Position numbers and translations under genes: made by a program. From contig JAHFFR010000002.1 of NCBI GenBank assembly GCA_023247825.1, positions 4,972 through 68,971 on the forward strand: a DNA stretch of 64,000 bases. The letters run 5' to 3'. Positions 39,034 through 46,600 of the stretch are shown in pieces (position 1 is the first letter of the stretch; the number at the start of each line of letters is the position of its first letter). The stretch is from Candidatus Omnitrophota bacterium (GTDB lineage: Bacteria > Omnitrophota > Gorgyraeia > Gygaellales > Profunditerraquicolaceae). Below the pieces are notes generated by a model. It saw only the letters and a list, made by a program, of their open reading frames with translations, searched no databases and was not told where the DNA came from.

Positions 39034-39371
39034 CGCTTAATCCTTCTCTCAACAATTTCAATGATCTTCCCGCGTATTTCTCCATTTTGTACGCCCCGGC
39101 TTTTATTACCCTGCGATGGACGCATATTAATCATAGAATCAAACTCGATAAATTCATTACCCTTTATTTCCGGATAGAAATTAATACCCCAAAGGCTTTT
39201 CTGTTTTGAGCCGTCTTCTAAGAGCAGCGCCTCTAGATCAGAATGAAGCTCCGCGTCAAGCGCGATAATTTCTCTATCAACATCAACAACTGCTTTTACC
39301 AAATCCCCAAAAGTGGCAGCGGCCATCTGCTTAAGTTCATCAAGCGATAATATTTTTGTTATTATTTTCAT
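39030..39371 (-). CDS. DUF5674-like protein
   Basis: MKIITKILSLDELKQMAAATFGDLVKAVVDVDREIIALDAELHSDLEALLLEDGSKQKSLWGINFYP matches my recollection of the DUF5674 N-terminal pattern. Confidence 0.55.
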   Translation of the reverse strand: MKIITKILSLDELKQMAAATFGDLVKAVVDVDREIIALDAELHSDLEALLLEDGSKQKSLWGINFYPEIKGNEFIEFDSMINMRPSQGNKSRGVQNGEIRGKIIEIVERRIKR

Positions 39372-39406
39372 ATCATTGATTATACTCTCAAAGGCAACAT
39401 CTGCAA

Positions 39407-39439
39407 GTATTTTACCACGATTAATCCCGCAACCCGCTT
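39407..39439. repeat. 33-bp direct repeat, copy 1 (GTATTTTACCACGATTAATCCCGCAACCCGCTT)
   Basis: Identical to 40616-40648. On the minus strand it contains TGGTAAAAT (extended -10-like), upstream of the DUF5674-like gene. Confidence 0.9.
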
Positions 39440-39498
39440 ATAAGAAGCCTGCAATTCTTCGAAATAAACCAAAAACCCAGAAACACCCTTTGTTTTCC

Positions 39499-39906
39499 TT
39501 ATTTTGGAAGGCTGGATAACGTCCAACTATAGAATCTTTCTGATAGCTTTAATATATCAATAGCCTCTGTTTGATGGAACTCTCGATTTTCATAAGCTAT
39601 GATATTTTTCTTAGCAATAATTCTCTTCAGTGTAGTAATCTCGCTGCCTGTTCCTTTCTGAGGCAAGCGTGTAAGCAGGCCCGCTGCTTGCGTATGATCT
39701 TCCCCTATTGAGCGTATGCCCAGGTGAAAAACCAGCATAGCATCGCAACAGGATATAGCGCAGTGCACAGCGTTCAGGCCTACCGCAGTCCACTTGCCGG
39801 AATCTCTTGCTTCAAGCATAGTGTCAGAGAAGTCATTTGCTTTCTTTAGATAAATCTTATAATCGCTTTTTTCTACTGCTTTTGTCTTCAGCTTCTTGGG
39901 GGTCAT
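39499..39906 (-). CDS. HEPN-domain protein (putative toxin of a HEPN/MNT pair)
   Basis: 135 aa, helical, with an Rx4-6H-type motif RSIGEDH. It overlaps the MNT gene by 4 nt. Confidence 0.65.
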   Translation of the reverse strand: MTPKKLKTKAVEKSDYKIYLKKANDFSDTMLEARDSGKWTAVGLNAVHCAISCCDAMLVFHLGIRSIGEDHTQAAGLLTRLPQKGTGSEITTLKRIIAKKNIIAYENREFHQTEAIDILKLSERFYSWTLSSLPK

Positions 39907-40529
39907 AATATCCTTTCAAGCTGCTTACCATAAATGACCTTATTGGTTTTTAATATGTTCTTGATTACGGCAAGTCCTTTTTTATACTTAGATTTAAATT
40001 CCGCTTCCGTATTGATATAAGCAGAAAGAGTGTTCCCAAATTCCACGCTAATCTTCTTATCCATCTCCTCAAAAAGTAGTGCGGTTTTAGGCTTGGTTTT
40101 TAGATCTTTTATAATGACAATAAGGTCTATATCGCTTGCCGGGTGATCCTTGCGGACACTTACACTCCCAAATAAAGCAATGCTTATAATATCTTTCTTT
40201 ACGCTTGAAGCAGATACCTTTCTTTTTATCACAGAAAAAATATGACTCAATATCTTTTCTTCGCTAGTAAATAAAGGCTGCAGTAAACCTGAAACTGTAA
40301 AATTATTCTTGTTTAAGGTATAGACATGGGTTTTGCCTATATTACGCAAGAAGAGAACTCCTTCTCTATTTAGGCCCTGCAGTGCCTTATGAGCCGTGGC
40401 GGGAGTTACCCCTATTTCTCTGGCTATCTGACGGCCATTCCACTCCGCGCTTGTCTTACACAGAAACCGCAGGATTTTAACCTTCGTCTCATTATCTAAG
40501 ATCTTGTCTAAAGGGTTGCTGATTTTCAT
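39903..40529 (-). CDS. Winged-helix plus minimal nucleotidyltransferase (MNT) fusion protein (putative antitoxin)
   Basis: N-terminal wHTH (ILRFLCKTSAEWNGRQIAREIGVTPATAHKALQGL), then the nucleotidyltransferase motif LFGSVSVRKDHPASDIDLIVII. Confidence 0.7.
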   Translation of the reverse strand: MKISNPLDKILDNETKVKILRFLCKTSAEWNGRQIAREIGVTPATAHKALQGLNREGVLFLRNIGKTHVYTLNKNNFTVSGLLQPLFTSEEKILSHIFSVIKRKVSASSVKKDIISIALFGSVSVRKDHPASDIDLIVIIKDLKTKPKTALLFEEMDKKISVEFGNTLSAYINTEAEFKSKYKKGLAVIKNILKTNKVIYGKQLERIL

Positions 40530-40615
40530 AAATGCGCCTTTTATTGTTTAACTTACTGAACAGTTGTTTAGAAAACTAAACAAAGCTTAACACTACGGAT
40601 TATATATGTCAAGAT

Positions 40616-40648
40616 GTATTTTACCACGATTAATCCCGCAACCCGCTT
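40616..40648. repeat. 33-bp direct repeat, copy 2
   Basis: Identical to 39407-39439. It lies between the giant-gene stop (40699) and the MNT start (40529). Confidence 0.9.
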
Positions 40649-40698
40649 GTGCGCCGTAATGACGGTGATGTAACAATAGTTAATACGTTTGTATTAAT

Positions 40699-43600
40699 TT
40701 AGGGGTGGGCGGCCTCTTCTACCCTAGTCGAAGAGGCGGTTTTCTCTTTCATATTTTCTGCCATTTGTTCCGTAAATAACGCTGTGGATACGAAATTTGC
40801 TTGAGGATTTTTCAAAGTATCTATTATTTTGGCTATTTTTTCGGCATTATCTTCCAATGCTATATTTTGCATTAATTCAATGGTCTTGGTTTTAAAATCG
40901 GTATTATGTGTTAACCTGCCGGCACTTTCCGGAATATGGGTAGCTTCATGGCAAACTCCCAGGATCAACCCTCCGATAAGTTCTCTTGCCTCAGGCTCAT
41001 CTACCTCCATTGTGCCTTTGAGAAGACGGCTTAACTGTTCAATTCTGCGGTTCATTCCTGCAAGATTCCATACAATTGTATCTGAACCTCTCCAGGTATA
41101 GGCAGAAGCCCCTCTTTCCAAATCAGCGGTAAACATAACCTTTATTTCTTTTCCCAGCAATAGACTTGCTGTTTTACTCAGGAACTCAGCCAACAAAGAG
41201 TAAATAACGAATTCAGGGTAGTTTTTTAAAATATCCGGGGCAAATGGGCTTAATTGTGTTATCTTCTCAAGTTCGATTTGACTAACTTTGCCATTGCTAT
41301 CACCGCGTATTTTTCGCATTAACTCATTTCTTTTACGAGCAAGCTCCTTGGCTAAAGCAGGAGGCATACCCTCTATAGAAAGCTTTCCGGTAGCTATTTC
41401 GATTATTAATTGTGTTATGGACATATCCTTATGAACGGGAAACACTGAGATAAGATAAACTAATTTATCCTTGTCAGCGCTATATTTGTCGATATCTAAT
41501 TTTTCCAAGCTGCCCTTTCGGATATTCTGTAAATCCTCGCGGACATCGTCAGGACATCGCGCCTCCCAAGTCAACAACACTTCCGGATCATCAAAATCAT
41601 AGGGGAATAATTCCACGACCTCTCTTAAGCCATCTATATACAATCTAGCAGCTGCCATTATTGCAGCAGCAAAAGTTGCTTTTTCCAGCTCTTTTAATTT
41701 TTCATCGCTTAAAGTTAGTCCTGATCTATCGCTAATCAATTCTAATTTATTGGGCAAATCAATAATTATTCCGTGCTTTAAAAGTATCTCAAGTAAAAAT
41801 GGGGGAATAGCTTTTACATATTGTTCATTGATAGAACCGACATAGAGTTGTTTATGCGTTACCGCGCGCCTATCCGGATGATGATAAAAGGAGAGCTTTC
41901 CATAAGTTGTATCGACCCAAGAAAGCAAGTCCTCTTCTCTAAAACTGCCTTTATTCAGCGCGTTGCCATTTAAGGTAATCTCTAAGATATTTTTATCAAT
42001 TAAACCTACGTAAAGAGCTGCTTTCTTCAGGATATAAGAGAGCTCGGCTTCGCTGTTTCCTTCAACATTCTTTATTACCTCAATCTCTGTGCCTTTATAC
42101 TGCTCTGGCTTCTGGAAAATGCTTACTTTTATATCAGTGGTTTCCTGTTTTGTATTCCGTATCGGCTTTAGGGAAACATAAATAACCTGCCCATCGCCTA
42201 AAGAGGTTTTTACTTTTACTTCTTGGGCATCTTTTAGGTTAGTAAGAAAACCTCGGCCGAATCTTCCTGTCAGCCTCTGGTCATCCCTCTTATCCGAAGC
42301 TCCAGGATTTAAAAGAAATTGCAATAATTTTACCGCGTCCATGCCAAAATCATCTTCAAATGTCAGGATAATTCTTTTTTTGTCCCCGCTAATTTCTGCC
42401 TTAATATTTAATTTGCCTTTTCTTCCCTGCCTTATGGCCTCATCGCGGGTATTTTGGCCGTTTTCTCTTATGTTGATATAGGGTGCGATATTCTGCTGAT
42501 CAACGCTTGTTTGAATATCACGTTCATTATATTTACGGCCAAGAGGATTAATGGAAATTTTTCCTTTATTGATTTCTTCCAATAATTTTTTTAATGTAGC
42601 GATATCCGCTGATTTACCTTCTCCATTTATTAAGTTGATAATAAATGGCAGTAAGGATAGAGAGAACTCTGTTGGCGCCGCTTTGCTTTTACGGTCTATC
42701 CAATTCAAATCCAGCATTTCAAATTTCGGCTCTATATAGTCAGAAAACTTGAGTTGAGGGGGAATATCATTGTATTTTATTATTGTTGACTTGAGAAAAG
42801 CGGAAGATTGTAGAAACATAAACGGGTTTTTCGACAGAGCCGCAACCATCCCAATATTGGAATCCCACGCCTCATAATCTCCTCTTTGGCCCAGAATAAA
42901 TTCAATCAAGGTATCTAAAACTATGCCTGCGATTGTTGTCTTAGGGAGATATTTCTTATTCAATAAGAATATAGGCCCATTTTCTATATCGTTGCTAATT
43001 AGCACAAGGCCGATATTTTCGTCCTGGATATCTATTGCATAAATTACAGCATTTACATTTGGAACCCATTCAATCTTATTATTTGCTTCTTTATCTAAAC
43101 TAAATTTTTTAAGCGGGATGTAAAAACCATATTTTTTTAAACCCGGCCGATACCCCAGAGAAATGAGTTTCGAAAAAACCTGCGGGTGTATAAGAACTGC
43201 TCCGTCTTTGGCCTGTTGCAGCTTATCGATATCCGGAATAAATATTATATTATTTTCTTTGGCCAGGCCAAACAATCTTTTATATAAATAATCCAATAAT
43301 TTATCTTCACTGGACTTATTCTCTTCATCCAATCTTTCCAATAAGGGAACAAGGCCGTTTATGGTGCGCCAATCTGCCTGCGCAAGTATTTTCTCAACCA
43401 GCTCTTTAACTATCGCGCGGGCTTTAGCATTAACCTCTATCTGATTCCTTGCCCTCGGCACAAGGCTGGGTTCGGATAACTCTACCGCTAATTTCTTGGG
43501 AATATTCTTGCCGATCAGCGGAATGCTAAAAATCTTCACGCCCATAATGGTCAAAACGACTTCAGAATGCTCGCTAGAATCAGTTTCCTTGACTAACGCC

Positions 43601-46600
43601 TGCGCGCTCCCTGAGGTAATAAATCTAAATAATGACAAGTCATTTATCAATACCTTCTGGTTATTATAATCTACATAAATTTTTGCCCTCTGGTTATAGC
43701 TTAAGGCGTCTTTTATCTCTTTTACTACACTTTCAGGATTAAAGCTGCTTTTAATTAAAACCTCTGTTCCGCGATTCCTATCAATATTCTTTAGAGGGCG
43801 GATAGTTATGTATAGATTAGCTATCTCCATATTATCCTTAAATGTATAAACTACTTCATAACCATCCTTGCTTGTTGAGGTATAGGTGCGCACAATTAAT
43901 TCATCACCCGGTTTTTTAAGTAAATTTAGCAAGGAGTAAAAACCTACCCCAAATTGCGCTACCGCGCCTTCTTGGCCTCGGCTACCGGATATTTTCGGAA
44001 CGACAAGATAAGCTATAATTTCACCTAAGTCCATGCCGCCTGCTTTATCAACTATCGCAACATTATTTTCCCGAACTATTATATCTACTTCCTTGAGGTA
44101 GCTTCCTTTAGAGATAGCATCAAGGCTGTTTGTAATAGGCTCGACAAGCGGCCTATTGTCCGCCTTCTCAAATTGACGCTTGATTATATCCTCAAGCTCT
44201 CCTTTCCAACGAGACGCATCGTTTATACCAGTAAGTTTTATTATTACCTCAATTAGATTTCTGTTCTTCCCAAGAAGCCACTTTCCAGCATCCGAAGAAT
44301 ATTTTTCTATGTCGTCCGACCCTAGATTCTTAGCTAACCGAATCTTAATGCTATGGGATATTTTGCCTAATAAATCTTTAATAAGACTCTTTATTTCTAC
44401 CGCATCATCAAGCGCCCGCCAACCCTTCCGACCCCCGGAGTCGGAATTGGTTACCTGCTTCTCCTTTATCTCCTTCGTCAACTCCCTGTCTTTTTCCCCG
44501 AATACTCCTCTTTGCAGTGCCCTTAGGAGATAATGGGGATTCTTAGGGTCTTTGTTAGCGATGGCAAGGGATTCGCCTTTAAGCCCGATTTTCGCTATTT
44601 CCTGATTTGTCTGTTTATTGATAATAACAAGCTGGTTTGCTTCATTAAGCTTAAGTTCTATGGCTTTGCTGTCTATTAAGTATTCACCTATTTCATGGAA
44701 TACAGCTACGGGGTTAGAGGAGAGGTCTTGATGCAGAGTAATTATATTATCCTGGCTTGAGGAAAAACCAAAGAGGTCTTCGATCAGGGTAGAAAAAGTA
44801 TAGAATTCCGGGGGTGACTTTTGTAGGATACCGAGGAACGCTTCTAAGATTTGACTCTGTTGGGGATTTACCTGGATTAAATCCTGTAATGGTTTAATTA
44901 GCCCCTGATTATCTACCGGAGTAAGCTCTATTTCTTTTGACACCTTAACGTTCTCCTTGGTATAGCTGACCTTAAGGGATTTCTTATTATCCTTTTGGAT
45001 TACTTGTTCTCCCTTGGCAAGCTTGCCGATTTGGGAAGAGTCGGCATTAGGCTGCCCAAGGTTTCTGATTGGCTCAGTTTCTGCCTTCAACACCTCCTCC
45101 TTAAGCTCATTTACTTTAATTTTAACCACAGGCCTATCTGTTATAGATATATTAATCTTACCAGTACTTGTTAATTCGTTACCCAAAGCATCTATCACCG
45201 CTGCGAATTGATTAGCCCGGACAGAATCTATGTCGTTTTTAATCAACTGCCTTATCTCTTCTTTGTGAACATTTAAATTATGGAGCATCTCCTCCGCGCC
45301 TTGGTTAATATATGTGTCCACATCTTCTATCCCCCGCGGCTCGCCGGTTTCCCTTAAAAGATTCATGAAGGATATATCACTTTCGTGCTGCATTTCAAGA
45401 TTCTCGCCGAATTCATATACAAATGAATCTTCCCAATCTATTCTTATGATTCCCTTATCGCTCAATAACATATGCCTTTCTGCAATATCCCCTGCTCCAA
45501 GCGCGCGGTCTAAAAGTTTTATTGCCCCTATCTCTTTAAGTCTTTCTTTTGCAAATTCAGGGGATTTAAAAATTGTTTCTAGACCTTTATCAGCAACAAA
45601 GTCTCTTCTCAAGCTTCTAAAAGCAATCCTTTCATGCTTAACAGGTTCAATTAACAGAAAATCTTTATCCTTTTTTTCTTCCAGAATATTCACATCAGAA
45701 TGCGGGAGATTTAATAAATCTGAAATCTTGGTAATAATTATTTCATTACGAGAACTGGATTTTTCTGTAAGCTTTACTAAAAAGACCTTCTCTTCCTGGG
45801 TCTTACTGGATCTTACATTTGCTTTAAATATGGGATTTCTTCCTTCCTGTTCAACAGAAGTTTGCCCCATTAAATCATACCCCAAGACATCGAATTGCTC
45901 ACCTTTCCAAGTAATATTTTTTAATTTTAAGACACTGGAAAACGTGTCAAAAAACTTATTAAAGGAATCGTCTGCTTCACGTATCTGGTTATCAGCTAAT
46001 CTATTATAGCCTACGGTATCAAACTCATTCAGTAACCCCTTATTAAATCTGAAACTTGTAAATTCATCGCTAAACCCACCGCCATAAGAATCTTTATATA
46101 ACGCATATCTTAAGTATACTTTTCTGGCAGCCTTAGGAATTTCCTCCCAATGTTGAATAACATTATTCAAATACCTGTTTATTCTTTCCACTGGAGCGTA
46201 TCGCAACGCACTATCAAGGTAATAATTATCAATTAAGTTTGTTTTTATTATATCTAACGGGAATTTATCTCTTTCCACGACTTCCGCTAATTGTTTAATA
46301 TTAAGTAGGGCTTTATCAATCTGGCTGGATATTTTATCAGGGGACATACCTCGATAAAAAAGAGATTTTAAAGTACCAATGCTTATCCGGCTTCTTATTT
46401 GTGAAACAAAATTATCTGCTAATCCCTGCGGAGCTATTAAAGGCGCCCGCTCTAACTGCTGTTTTAGCTGAAATACCGGGCTAATCTTTAAAGAACTTGA
46501 TTCGTCACCCTTACGCGATAAAGGATTCGACAATGAATTTTTAAAGCGAGACGCGATATTCTTAAATTTCGCAATCAATGAAAACTTGGAACTTGCTGGA

